Part shown: positions 24,265 through 37,798 of the stretch, in pieces
Numbering within the stretch: the first letter of the stretch is position 1
How the letters are laid out: every line of letters begins with the position of its first letter
Assembly (NCBI RefSeq): GCF_004010195.1
Contig: NC_057719.1
Coordinates: forward strand, 5,701,643-5,750,648
Reading direction: 5' to 3'
DNA length: 49,006 nucleotides
Source of the DNA: Chiloscyllium plagiosum
Lineage: Eukaryota
Made by a program: the position numbers and the translations under genes
The notes under the pieces: model-generated
What the model saw: only the letters and a program-made list of their open reading frames with translations
Databases searched by the model: none
What the model was told of the DNA's origin: nothing

Positions 24265-25070
24265 TTTGAAGAGTGGCAGATGGAGTTTAATTTGGATAAT
24301 TGCGAGATATTAGATTTTAGTTAAACAAACAAAAGGCAAGACTTTTTCAATTAAAAGTAGGGCCTTGGGTAGTGTTGTAGAAGACAGAGACCTAGGGGTT
24401 CAGGTCCATAATTCTTTTAAGTTTGCTTCATTTATAGATAGGGTGGTTAAGAAGGTGTTTAGCACACTTGCCTTCATTGCCCAAATCTTTTGAGTATAGC
24501 AGTTGGGATGTCATGTTGAGGTTGTACAGGACGTTGGTGAGGCCTCTTTCTAGAGTACTGTTTTCAGGTCTGGTCGCCCTGTTATAGGAAGGATATCATT
24601 AAGCTGGAGAAGGTTCCGAAGAGCTTTACCAGATTTTTACTGGGAATGGAGAGTTTGGGTTGTAAGGAGAGGCTGCATAGGCTGGGTCTTTTTTCACTGC
24701 AGTATAGGAGGTTGAGAGGTGACCTTATGGGGCTTATAAAATAATGAGGGGTATAGATAAGGTGGATGGCAGGTGTATTTTCCCTAAAGTGAGGGATTTC
24801 AAGACGAGGGGACATATTTTTAAGGCGAGAGGAGAAAGATTTTAACAAGGCATGAGAAACAATTTTTGTACACAGAGGGTGGTTCCTGTGAAGAATGAAC
24901 TTCCAGAGGGAAGTGGTGGATGTGTGTACAATTCCAACGTTTAACAGACATTAAGATAAGTAAGTGAATAGGAAAGGTTTGGAGGGATACAGGCCAGGTG
25001 CAGGCGAATGGGACTAGTTTAGTTTGGGATTACGGTTGGACTGAAAGATCTGTTTGTATGCTGTATGAGA
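24265..25070 (+). mobile_element. CR1/HER1-like LINE 3' part
   Basis: EWQMEFNLDNCEIL-type sequence, fragments like RGDL and QRVV, and a CR1 tail. Shares sequence with 47160-47355. Confidence 0.85.
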
Positions 25071-27004
25071 CCATGATCCAGCACCATTTTTGAGTTACGA
25101 AAGGAATAAAAAGAAATTACATAAATAGAGATTGTCTTTCTTGTAAGGAGTATTCAAATACATCTCCAGGGATTCTGCAAGGTCTCTCCTCAAGAAGTCC
25201 CCACTCCAGGTGCGGCAGTGAAGACCCTGACAGGAATCGACGCTTCAGGCCTGCCGCAGGCATTGTCACCACTGCAGCCAAAGGCCGGCCAAGTTGATAC
25301 TCCAGGCCTACCGCAGCCAGGAGCCCTCATTTCGGGCATAGCCGCAGGTGCTGACTCGCTGAGTCCATGCTCTGGGTCTGATGCAGCGAGGAGTCCCCAC
25401 TCCGTGCATCATCACTGCTGTAGCTGATGACCTGCCAAGTCCCGTCCACGATCCAGGCCTATTGCAGCCAGGAATCCTCGCTCTTGGCACAGCCACTAAC
25501 TGCAACTGATGCCCTGCCGAAACTGCTCTGGCTTCTCCCAGGTATCAGAAGATGAAGGATAAAAAAGAAAGGGGAAAGGAGAAAGTGAGAGAAGGCTGTG
25601 GCTAGTTGGAACAGATGGGCTAGGAGCCTGAACACAACCTCCTGTGCTGGCACCGTCATCTTGAATTGCCAACCGTGATGCTATTCTAAACCAATCTCAT
25701 CTGTCTGCACATGCTCCATATCCCTTTATTCTCTATCTGTTCATGTGTCAGTCTAAATGCCCCTTAAACTTTGCTATTGTAAGTACCTCTATGACCTCCC
25801 CCAGCAGTGGGTTAAAAGCCCCTACTACCGTCTTTAAAAAATAAACTTTCCTCGTAAGTCGTCTTTAAATTTTCCTCCTCCCACCTTAAACCTGGGTTTG
25901 ACATTTCCGCCCGGGAAAGAGACTCTGACAATCCACCAATCCACCCTATCTGTGCCCTTCATAATTTTTATACGCTTCTGTCAGGTTACCCCATCAGCCT
26001 CTGAGGCTCTAGCGGAAATAATGTATGTTCGTCTAATCTCTCCTTAAAGCTGATTGTCCTATTGTCACTGTAATCTTGGACAGTAAGGATAATCAAGAGA
26101 GCATTTGGATTTGTTGTTGGACGGGAGCGAGGAGAGGTGGCTGGTAAGTCTGCTTTGGTCTGGAGAGAATAAGATGTCTTTAGTTATGGGGGAGAGTATA
26201 TCTGAAAATTGGGCACTGTTCCATTTAGAATTATACTTTGCAAAAGGCCAACTGTGATTGTGTAGACTCTTCAAGGATTTATCCAATCAACTTATACAAA
26301 TGTAAGGTACTCTCAGACTATCTGAAAATGACTATTACAACTGACCTCCACTAGACTCATATTTGTAATAATGACACAGATAAACCCTGAATTCTTTCCT
26401 GAAACCATTATGTTTGGCTATGCTTCATAAAACCGACCTCTGCTGTTCTAATATCCATTCGAGCAGCTTGGTGTCAAATTTTGTCCAAATTATGTTCCTG
26501 TGGAGAGGATATTCAAAACCACATTAAATTGAGTGGCTTTAGAGAAGAACTTTCCTTCTCTTGATCATTCTTGAGATTTTGTCTCAGCCAACATTTATTG
26601 CCTGAACTAAATTGTCTCTGAGAAGGTGATGGTGAGCTGTCTCCTTGAATTGCTGCAGTCCCTGTCATTAAGAACACCCACACTGCCATTTTGGAGTGAG
26701 TTCCAGGATTTTGATCTTGTGACAGTTAATGGTAATATGCTTCTGATTCAGCATGTTTTGGCTCGTGGTAGGGAATTTGCAGAGTGGTGATCCATTTATT
26801 TGCTGCCCTTGTTGTAGGTGGTAAGCGGTAATAGGTTTGGAAGGTGCTATTGAAGAGGCTTTGGTGAGTTGCTGCAGTGCATCTTGTAAATGGCATAGAT
26901 TGCTACAGTGTCGGTGTTAGAGGGAGAGTGAATGTTTGGGGATGTGGTGTACTCAAGAGTACACCACATCCTGGATGATATTGATTTTCATGAGAGTTAT
27001 GACT

Positions 27005-27645
27005 TGCAGGTGCCAATGTTGGACTGGGGTGGACAAAATTAAAAATCACACAATACCAAGTTATAGTCCACCAAGTTTATTTGGAAGCACTAGCTTTCAG
27101 AGCACTGCTCCTTCATCAGGTGTTTGTGGGGGTTAAGATCATGCTCACAGAATTTATAGCCAAAGGAGTCCAGTGTTATGGAGATGTGATACAGGAAACA
27201 ATCTGAGATTAAAACTTACATCTTTTAGAATGGGGTATGCTGATTTCTGTTCTTTGATATGTACTTCCCAGAACTTCTTTTAAATTACATTCCCAAGATA
27301 GCTCAGCTTTTTAAACAACAGGTGTGAAGTCTGTCTGTGTTCCAATGCGATGTCAGACTGACAAACCCTCACAGTTTTACAGTTTCACATGGATTCATGC
27401 AGTTCTTGAGCAAAATTAAATGTATTTCTGCCAAAAACAAATTCACCCCATAAGCTTATACGTGTGCTCATGTAGGAGCGACAGATTGAGCGTGCATGTG
27501 GGTGTGAGTGCACATGATATATGTGTGTGTGTAAGCTTGGTTAAGTGTGTCTGAATGTGTGATGGGATATGTGTGAGAGGATGCATGTGTCTGTGTGAGT
27601 GCGGGGCTGTGTGTGTGTGCACGAGAGCTTGTGTGTGAGTGAGGG
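27005..27645 (-). mobile_element. Family-B Penelope pLTR with HHR at 27088-27122 and a TG-rich tract
   Basis: Minus strand cac-CUGAUGA-A-GGAGC-AGU-GCUCU-GAAA-GC-UA^gug. Homologous to 12880-13500. Confidence 0.85.
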
Positions 27646-30600
27646 GTCCCCCCGCACTGCACCACACTGCAATAAAATATAGGTTTCCTTTAATATTTAG
27701 ATTTAGGTTATAGTGCCATTGAAAGGGCTATCACTAGTCAATTTATCTTGATTTGTTCTTTAAAAAGAATGAAAAAACAGTATAATCAACTATGATTGAG
27801 TTAGGAAGTCTGTGTTTGTAATGTTTCCTTTTGTAAATAAATACCAGTCTGAGTAAGTGTTGTCTCCTGTATCATTCCTTCCCATCTGGCTTTCTGGAAT
27901 TTATTTCAGATGGAGGATCATGATATTCTCTCCCTCCATCACTAGCATGCAGGGTTATATACCATCTACAAAATGGACTGCAGAAACTTGTCAAGGTTGT
28001 TTTGACATTGTCATCCAAATCTGTGATCTATGACCTTCAAAGACAAGGTCACCAGACTGATGGGGACACCAGTTCCTCACCTCGCACATCATCCTAACTT
28101 CAAACTGTGTTTTCATTTCTTTGCTATTGCTGAGTCAAAAATATGAAACCCATGCCCTTGTTGCCCTGTGGGGCATCCACACCATTTGGGCTACGATGCT
28201 TCAAAGAAGCCACTCAAATCCACCTTCTCGAGCAATTAGGGATGGATGTTATGTTAGTCTAGCCAGCAATGCTCACCATACGAACAAATAAAGAAAATAA
28301 TAAACTGTATCACAAGGCTGTTGTGGCCAATACTGCTGAGATGGAAGCTGAGGAACGTGGTTTGAGTCGGTGAATTTCAAGTGTGCGGCTTCATCTTGCC
28401 TGACCATGCTTGATATCGATACTTGATCCCTTAAAGTCTAAGGTGCCTCATTCTTCAACAGTCACATCTCTCTGTTCTGATCTCCGCTCCATAGGAATAT
28501 GGATAATACAAAGGACAATGAAAATTGTCGCTCTCCCATGCTAGCATGTATATTCTTGTAAGGCTTGCTGCTATTTGTCACAAGAATAGATGATGTGTTA
28601 TTTATTGCATTATTTTGATCCCAGCTAATACTGGGCAAGTTAAACCCCGGAATGAATCTGAATTGGCAGATTAGCTCCAAAACACAGCAACAGAAATTGC
28701 TGGAGAGGCTCAGCTGGTCTTGTGACATCGCTGGAGAGAAAACAATTCATGTTTCAGTTCAGAGACCCTTCTTCAGAATTAAATATTTGGATAGCTGATA
28801 GATTCGTTGGTCACCATGATGGTTTATTACTGAAGCGTAGTCACATGAGGTTGCAGGTGTCCTTCAACAACAGAATGCAAACTTCTTACACTTTTTAAAA
28901 AAAAAATCTATTTATGCGACAGTTGAAATACAATAGCAGAAGGGAATGTCAACTTAATGCCAGAGAAATATCACTTCTATCTCAGCTTATTAATTCTTCC
29001 ATTAACTGAATTCTCAGCTTACTTTCATAGGATTGTCGATACCATTTTATAAATCTTTTTGGAGACCATTGGCATGAACTTTTCATAATTTTAACTTAAA
29101 ATTTTTCAGTTTTTCAAGAACTTGATCTGTACAAATTTCTAGCTTGGAAGCTTCAGGGAGATGCTTGATTTCCCTGAATTGAAGGCTTGATTCTCTGGCT
29201 GGGAGAAAACTTCTCCTTACTGAACTAATTACCTTGGTTCTGTTAGCAGTTCAGCAGAATAAATATTCAATTTATTTAATATTTCAGCTTTCCTATCAGA
29301 CACTCGACTGAGCTCCCATGCCTTCTCAGAAACAGTGAAGTTGGGATACTGTTCCAAATGACTTTCTGAACTTCTTAGAAAAAAATGTTCACAGAATTAA
29401 TCGCAATTCATCTCCTCTATTTTAAAAACCACACCGTAAATTATGATTGATATAAGACATACACCTTTTATGACAGCATTATTTATTTTTAGAATATTCG
29501 CTGAGGTGTTGTGGCTGCTTTTCTGATATTTTACCAGAAGAGGGCATCTGAGTACATATGACTGCATTGAGATTATCTTCAAAGCGAGTTCAGTGTTAAT
29601 TGCATAGTCTAAGCATGGTCTTAAATCCTGTGTGTGTTCGCGTACACAAGATTTAACCTACAATCAACATCAATAATTTATCTGTCATTGTTTTTCATTC
29701 AGTTCAGAAAATAAAGGGATAATAGAGACCTTTAGCTTACAGATTAGAACTGGTTAACATATTACTCAGAGTTTGAATAGTTATGGTACTGGAGTATTAA
29801 CCTAGAGATTGAGGGTTCACATGCCACCCATTGGCAAGTGGAATTTAACTTGACTGTAAGCAATAATTGCTTGATTGTTCACTGATGCTCTTCAGGGAAG
29901 GAAATGTGGCTCTTGCATAATCTAGACCGATGTGTGACTCCAAACCCCTCATTATATACTTCACACTTATTGCCCTTTGGTTTACCCCATCACCACTGTT
30001 CCTGAGCATTTTCAAATAGAGAATAAATTCACAGCCATCTCAAGTTTGATGAGATAGTATGGGAAGGGATGGCATATGTATTACATCTTAGATAGAATTA
30101 CTGAAGAGTTCTGACAGCTGAGGCTGGTGATGTAATTTTATGATATCAATATGAATTTGTTTAGAAATTATTGGATCCTTTGTGTCATGAGTGAAAATGT
30201 TATTAGAAAAAAGAATCTATGATAACAGAAATTAAAACACAAAATGCTGGAGAAACTCATCAGATCCAGCAGCATCTATGTGCAGAGAAACAGTTGACAT
30301 TTTGAGTCCATTGTGACTCATCTTCAGAAAATTGATTCTGTTCTTGTGTCCACATATTTTGCCAGATCTGAGATTTTCCATTTTAAATTTTTATTTCCAA
30401 TTTCCAGTACCTGTGGTATTTTACCTTTTTTATGAAAGATCTTATAGCTAATCATTCACAAATACTGCTTATTCCTTACCCTTCATACTGGTGCATCTTA
30501 TACATTTTGCTTGTTCCACTTGCAGCCATTTAAAGTTTTCCAGCTTGCCATTTCTTACCTCCACATTTTCAAGCCTGCTGGAAAACAACTGCTACTTGGT

Positions 30601-31061
30601 CCTTCTGTCATCTTACATTTTTACACACACGTCCGCCATTCCAAAAAGAGCTAGTCACTTTCTTGTAAATAACTTCTAGTGGGTGAGGAGCCTTGGGGAG
30701 AGGTGCACATTTTAATGATTAAAATGTTTTAAAGAGGTTTGACGCCACTATTAGAAACACACTGGCCATTTAAAAAATTACTTCACATACCTGTTCTGTA
30801 CTCAAATCTGCTGCTAGTAATTTAGTCCTTTATTTTTTGCAAGAAATATTAATTTACTCCATATACTAATGATTCAGTGCTAAAGAAAGCCAATTAGCCC
30901 ATCGTTCCTGTATAGCCAATTTGATGTGCTCTCTTATCCATAAATTATGAATTTGAATTAATTAAAAATGATGCTAAAATAATACAAAGTAATTCAGACA
31001 AGTTAACTTTAAGAGCATGGAAAAATTGTATATATTTTGTGTAAATGACCAGGGTATGAGT

Positions 31062-31800
31062 AACATGTGGCGCCGGAAAAGCACATCATGTCAGGCAGCA
31101 TCTGAGGAGCAGGAGATTCAATGTTTCGGGCATAAGCCCTTCATCAGGAATGTGGGGAAGGGGGCTGACTGATAAATAGGGTGGGGGTGAGGTAGCTGAG
31201 AAGGTGATAGGTAGATGCAGATGGGGGGTGATGGTGATAGGTTGGAGCAGAGAGTGGAGTGGATAAGTGAGAAGGAAGATGGACAGGTAAGACAGTTCAA
31301 GAGGGCGGTGCCGAGCTGGATCTGGGATGAGGTAGGGGGAGGGGGGCGGGGTGGATGAGGAAACTGGTGAAATCAATGTTGATGTCGTTTGGTTGGAGGG
31401 TCCCAAGGCGGAACCACTTCAACTCCCCCTCTCCCACTCCGCCAATGATATGCAAGTCCTGGGCTGCGTCTACTACCAAATGCCTTCTTCCTCCAGGTGT
31501 TGGGTGACTTGCATTTGGTAGTAGACGCAGCCCAGGACTTGCATATCATTGGCGGAGAGGGGTAGTTGAAGTGGTTCCGCCTTGGGACCCTCCCACCCGA
31601 CATCCTAATTATCTCATAACCCACTCCTCTTCTCTCTCTCTCTCTCTCTCCCCCCCCCCCCCACCGCAACATTCCTGATGAAGGGCTTATGCCTGAAGCG
31701 TGACTCTCGTGCTCCTCAGATGCTGTCTGACTTGCTGTGCTTTTCCAGCACCACACTTTTCAAATGTGATCTCCAGCATCTGCAGTCCTGACTTTCTCCT
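31062..31800. mobile_element. Rearranged family-A Penelope with double inverted-repeat structure
   Basis: Outer inverted pLTRs (31062-31153 and 31670-31800) and inner inverted arms (about 31395-31482 and 31511-31593). Remnant RLGTLQPNDINIDF. Confidence 0.85.
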
Positions 31801-32439
31801 TTAGAGTGTAAGGAGCACCATGCAGCTAATCAACTGATGCCCTTTCATATGAGTGTGCCTGTGATAGAAACCTGGCAACTGTTCTGCTAAAATCATATCA
31901 CAAATCTGTACGTACTGTGCTATGTAACTGTATATATTGAAACTGTATACATTGCCAACACCGACAGTAACATAGGTTAATTTCACCGTAAACATTTTCT
32001 TTGCAGCTTTGACTTGAAGAAACCTTGATTTATTTTTCAAAACTCCTGTTAGGTTGCATTGGTTGTAACTCTGGTTCTGAAACAATATGGTTAAGAGTGA
32101 CATAAGTCAGGCTCACTGTTGGTCACAGAAATTGTGCATTTGTTTACGAATACTGCGGGTCAAGGTCTAGCAGTAATTTTCTGAATGGTGTTTCTGTGAG
32201 CCCCCTATTCGCACTCCATAATTTTGTTTTAATGAGAGATCGAAATAACTGTCTATTCCTGAATCAAGCTATCATTCTTATTTATTTATGGGTTACAGGT
32301 TACACTTTGAAACAACCACTCTTACTTTTGGAGCCCCCTGCTGGTAAAATGGCTTTGTTTGGAACAAAAGTTAGAAAGAGACTGAGTCATGGTTTCTACT
32401 AAAGAAAAATACAAAAATGAAAAAAGTTACAATGGAAGA

Positions 32440-32790
32440 AGAAAGACTTACATTTATATAGCAACCTCAAAACATTGAAGACAATGAAACATAGTCACTT
32501 CTGAAGTATAGTCACTGTTGGAATGTGGGAAATGTGACATCTAATTTAAACAGCAGGATCCTGCAAATAGCAAAGTGATAATGACCAGATGATGTTGGAT
32601 GAGGGATGAATTATTATTAGTCAGAATACCCTTGTTCTTCTTTAAAATAAATCTGAGAGATTTTATCCACGTGAGACACGTTGTGGATTTTGCTTTAAAA
32701 TGTACCATAAAGATAGTACCATGAGCAGTGTCAATGCTTCATCCACACAGCACTGGAAAGCCAGGTTTGGATCCACACCCTTCCCGATGT
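32440..32790 (-). mobile_element. Deu-domain SINE remnant (further remnants near 2350-2480, 17850-18020, 19340-19430, 34170-34460, 40070-40350)
   Basis: Minus strand aggatcctgctg..ttcccacattccaacagtgactatacttca..ctatataaatgtaagtctttc resembles the DeuSINE core and tail. Confidence 0.6.
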
Positions 32791-33914
32791 GGAGGTGAGA
32801 GTGCCTTCCAATGTTATTGTTCAGGGTTTATAGTCAATGGGTCATTACATCACAGGAATCAATGTGAGCTCTGTGCAGAGTAATCCCAGTCAGTCCTATT
32901 CCTTGCTCTATCACAATTGCCCTGCCAGTTTATTTCCTTCAAATGCCTATTTAATTTTCTTTTCCTTTCACTAATCATCTCTGCTTCCACCACCCTCGTA
33001 GGCAATGGGTTTTGGCTAGTTACTTCTTAGTGTTAAAAAATGGTTCTTCCTTGCATCTGTCCTACGTCTCATTCCCAAACATTTAATCATTAACCATTAG
33101 CTAATGGGAAAAGCTCTTCTTCATTTAAATCTCAAGGAAGATTTAAACAATCCTTGGGTAAGCATGTGGATGTTGATGGGATAGTGTAGGGGGATGGGCT
33201 TAGATTAGTTCTCAGGTTGGTGCAACATCGAAGGCTGAAGGGCCTGTTCTGCGCTGTATTGTTCTATGTTCATCTAGCTTATTTGAACCTGTCAAAATTT
33301 TGAATGTCACCTCTATCAAATCTTTCCTTGATCAGCTTTGCTACAAGGAGAACAACCCCAAATCCTCCAAATTAACCTTGCAGCTAAAAATCTCTCATTC
33401 CTGGAACATCTACTCCCCCTCAGAAACCCTCAAATAATAATAGTAGTGTGAAAATAATAGTGAAAAGCTGGATGTGTATTAAATGCTGCAGATGATTTCC
33501 TGTGTACTGTGTCAGAACATGCATACTGACTGATATTGATGGAAGCAGAATGCCACACAGTGCAAAGTGGGTTTTTTAATAGTATGGGGAATGTTCGTAT
33601 TTTGCTAGTTCTTTCATGATAGTAATGAAATTCAGTTGCTGCTCAAGTGGAGTTGTGACATTTGAGGAAGTGCTCCCTATTGTTATAGCCTTCGATTAAC
33701 TATAGCCTAATTGTTTTTGCTGAAGGATGTGAAAGTTGATTGTGAGTAGCTGCCTTCTGAATGATGTTTGAACCAAGTAGATGTAGATATGACTCTTTCA
33801 GGTGTAGCAAGCATTAAACCTTATGCAGAAATATGGAATTGTACTATTGTCTTTACAATCTCAGAAACACACCTAAATTTAAAACAAAAGGTTAATTTCT
33901 CTTTTATTGTCTTG

Positions 33915-34123
33915 GGTCGAGACAGTGGTGCTAGAAAAGCACAGCAGGACAGGCAGCATCTGAGGAGCAGCAGAATCGATGTTTCGGGCATAAGCCCTTC
34001 ATCAGGAAGGGCTTACACTCGAAATGAGGATTCTCCTGCTCCTTGGATCTTGTGTGACCTGTGCTTTATCAGCATCACACTCTTGACTCTGATCTCCAGC
34101 ATCTGCAGTCCTCACTTTCTCCC
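33915..34123. mobile_element. Fold-back family-A Penelope mini-element (older)
   Basis: Inverted arms around 34005. Minus-strand HHR core at 33974-34007. Confidence 0.85.
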
Positions 34124-34459
34124 TCGGTGATTTTTACCGTCTTGGCACTGGTTTGAAATCCCAAACAAAATTGATTCTGTTTGGAGTGTAGTTACTGTTG
34201 CTATGTTAAAAAATCAGGATCAAATCAAAGAATAATCAGCTATTTTGATGATTATACGTTTGTTTAAGGGATTCTGGAATATTCACCAATGGTGGAATTC
34301 CCTATTTTTCTTCAAATATCATCACAGAAAATGTTGAGCCTGTCAGGACAGGCAGCCAGGACTTTGATTTTATATACCATCTAAAAGGTGGCAGCCCTGA
34401 CAGTGCAACACCCCCTTATTCCTGCTCTGCTGTCAGTCTCAATTATGTACTCAAATCCT

Positions 34460-36660
34460 CAAGTAAACAGTTTTTTTGATGTTGATTGAGAGATGGATAT
34501 TTTGATAGGACACAGAGAGAACTCTGCCTGCTGTTCTTTGAACTTGTCTTGTCCTAAACAACGTGGCTGCTATATTGGTTCTGCAACAGATGATGAGGAA
34601 CCAACAAGAGAGAGAAATCTTAATCTCATCCTTCCCAACTTTCCTGCTGCTGATGCACCTATTCATGACAATATCAATAAGAGCGGCCACTGCACAGTCC
34701 TTGTGGAGATGAGGACCTGTCGTCATATTGAGAATACCCACAATTGTGTTGTGTGACATGAGCGCAATAACAGGTATGATCGACTTTGAACAGATTTAGC
34801 AACTTAAGACTGGACATCCATCAGGCACTGTGGGCTATCAATTGCAGCAGAATTGTAAATATTTTCTAATCAATCTTCTGGAGCAGATAGGACTTTAACT
34901 CAGCCAGGTAAAAACAATGACTGCAGATGCTTGAAACCAGATTCTGGATTAGTGGTGCTGGAAGAGCACAGCAGTTCAGGCAGCATCCGAGGAGCTTCGA
35001 AATCGACGTTTCGGGCAAAAGCCCTTCATCAGGAATAAAGGCAGTGAGCCTGAAGCGTGGAGAGATAAGCTTCCTGGTTCAGAGTTAGGGATATTACCAC
35101 TGGACCAGAAGTGCCCACTAGCAACAGAATTGTTCCCCAATGCAATCTGCAACCTCATGCCCTGCCCAACCATTAAAATCAAACCAAGAGATCAGCCTTG
35201 TTTCAATGAAAGTTGATGGAGGAGCACCAAACGTATAAAACAGGACTACTTACATGCCAAATAGCATTAGCAGCAACTGCTAGACAGAGCTAGCAATTCC
35301 ACACCAATGGATCAGGTCTAAACTCTGCATCCTGCACTGTCCACTTGTGAATCATGGTGAACAATAAACAGCTTAGTGGCAGAGAGAAGTCCGCAAGCAA
35401 TCCTGACCTCAGTCATTGGAAGCCCAGCACTTTAGTCCAAATGAAACATTTGAAATAATCATCAACTAGAAGTGCTGAACAGATAATCCATCTCAAACTC
35501 ATCTGGAGCTCCCAGCATCACAGATGCTAATCTTTGATTCACTCCATGTGATACCAAGAAACAGCTGGATGCACTGGATATTGTGAAATCTATATCCCTG
35601 ACAATATTCCAGCAATAGTTCTGAAGTCGTGTGCAGTAGAACTTGCCATGCCCTGAACCAAGCTGTTCCAGTATACCTACAAACACTGGCATCTACCAAG
35701 CAACAAGGAAACTTTCCCAGGTATATTCTGTACACTAAAAGCAGAAATCTATCCAGCCAGTGACCACCTCATCATTTCTACTCTTGATCATTGCAAATTG
35801 TCATCAACAGTGTTATCGGGCAGCGCTTGCTTCATAATTTCATCACTGAAGCTCAGTTTGGGTTTTGTCAATGCCACTGGGCTCGTGACCTCTGTTATAA
35901 CCATAGTTCAAACATTGAGAGAAGAGCTGAATTCTAGAGGTGTGGTGAGAGTGCCTGCCTCTAAAGTCAAGGCCACATTTGATCAAGCGTGTAATCGAGG
36001 AGCTCTAGCTAAACTGGAGTCATTGAGAATCAGAGAAAGTTGTCTGAATAACTACTGTAGCTACAAAAGCGTGTCAGAAGCTAGAAATACTGCAGCAAAT
36101 ACTGCACCTTCTGGCTCCCCAAAGTCTGTCCCCACCATTTAGAAGATATAAGTCAGGAGTGTGATAGAGTACTCCCCACTTCCCCGGATGAGTGCAGCTC
36201 CAACAGCACTCAAGAAGCTTGACTCCATCCAGATCAAAGCAGCCCACTTGATTGGTACCACATGCACAAACGTTCATTCCCTCCACCACCAGCACTCAGT
36301 AGCAGCGGTGTGTACCATGTACAAGATACACTGCAGAAATTTACCAAGGCTTCTTTGATGCACCTTCCAACGCCATGATGACTACCATTCAGCAGAATGA
36401 GGACAGTGGATAAAACACCACCTGCAAGTTCCCTTCCAAGCTTCACCATCTTGACTTGAAAATATATCACAATTCCTTAAGTGTCACTGGGGGAAAATCT
36501 TGGAACTCCCTAACAGCATCATGGGTGTACATATATCAAATGGGCTACAGTGATCCAAGATGGCACCTTCTTGAACCCCACTTTGATGAGCAGTCAGAGA
36601 CGGGCGATAAATACTGGCCCAGACAGTGATGATGACTTCCCATGAATGAATAAAAATAAA
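34460..36660 (+). mobile_element. Long degraded CR1/Jockey-group LINE
   Basis: VRSVIEYSPLPRMSAAPTALKKLDSIQIKAAHLIG..HSLHHQHSVAAVCTMYKIH. Ends in tgaatgaataaaaa. Confidence 0.7.
34900..35070 (-). mobile_element. Family-A-related pLTR with intact HHR at 35001-35036
   Basis: Minus strand auuc-CUGAUGA-A-GGGC-UUUU-GCCC-GAAA-CG-UC^GAUU. Confidence 0.85.
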
Positions 36661-37184
36661 TGTTGTGAGATCTTTTGTATCCATATTACAATTTAAAACA
36701 AAAACCAATATCTTGAGCATGATTGCTTCCTCTCAGTGTAGCTTGACATTGCACATCCAACAATGTTTTTAAACTGGAAGCCAGGCTCGTCTCTGAATAA
36801 ATGCACCATGTGTTAAGTAATGAGTCCTAAAGGACAAGCAGTCACACCATCTTCAAACTGATCTCTTTCGGTTTCCTCTGCTGTAATAATTGGAAACCTA
36901 TGTTTCTCAGATTCTTCTTTTGACAATACCTATGCCTCTCAGGTGTGGATCAGAATGTAGTACTTAGGTGTCCCCTGCTATCTGAAAGTAGAAAGTTCCT
37001 ATGAAACAGTTTGTAAGCTGAAATGGCATAAAGTGAAGAAGCAATTACTGTTAATTTATGTGGGAAAATTAACTCTACCAAGTCATACCAAATAACACAC
37101 AAACCTAAACTAACGTTAACATATGGTAAAGGCTGTTGGGGGTTGGGGTGGTGGGAGGTATAGGAAAGTGGGGTGTAAGAGAGA

Positions 37185-37798
37185 GAGTGGTCGTCAACAA
37201 CAAGCTTTCTTGGACTCTTCCTGTGGATGCACTGGTTACAAAAGCCCAACAACGTCTCCTTTTCCTCAGGTAGCTGAGGAAATTTGGAATGGCAGCGAAT
37301 ACCCTTGCCAACTTTTATAGTTGTGCCATCGAGAGCATTCTGTCTGGATGTATCACTACCTGGTATGGCAGCTGTACCATTCAAGATCAGAGATGGTTAC
37401 AGAGAGTGGTGAACTTGGCCCGCACAATCACAAAGGCCAACCTCCCATCTATAGAATCCATCTACAAGGCCTACTGTCGAGAAAAGGCCACCAGCATTCT
37501 CAAAGATCCATCCCACCCTGGCAACGCTTTTCTACACCCCCTACCATCAGGGAGAAGGTACAGAAGTCTGAACACGCACCAGCCAGTTTCGAAACAGTTT
37601 CTACCCTACTGTTGTTAGAATACTGAATGGACACTCAAACGCTTAGCATTCGCTTGTACCTGTGGTTTTGATTTGCCGCTGTTTACCTATTATTTACTTA
37701 TCTATGCTATTTAACTCTGTGATCTGCCTGTGTTGCTCGCAAGACAAAGCTTTTCACTGTGCCTCGGTGCACATGACAATAAGTTCAATTCAATTCAA
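37185..37798 (+). mobile_element. Rex1/Babar LINE 3' fragment nested in the Tigger
   Basis: ANFYSCAIESILSGCITTWYGSCT..LPSGRRYRSL and tail catgacaataagttcaattcaattcaa. Same family as 3567-4200. Confidence 0.9.
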
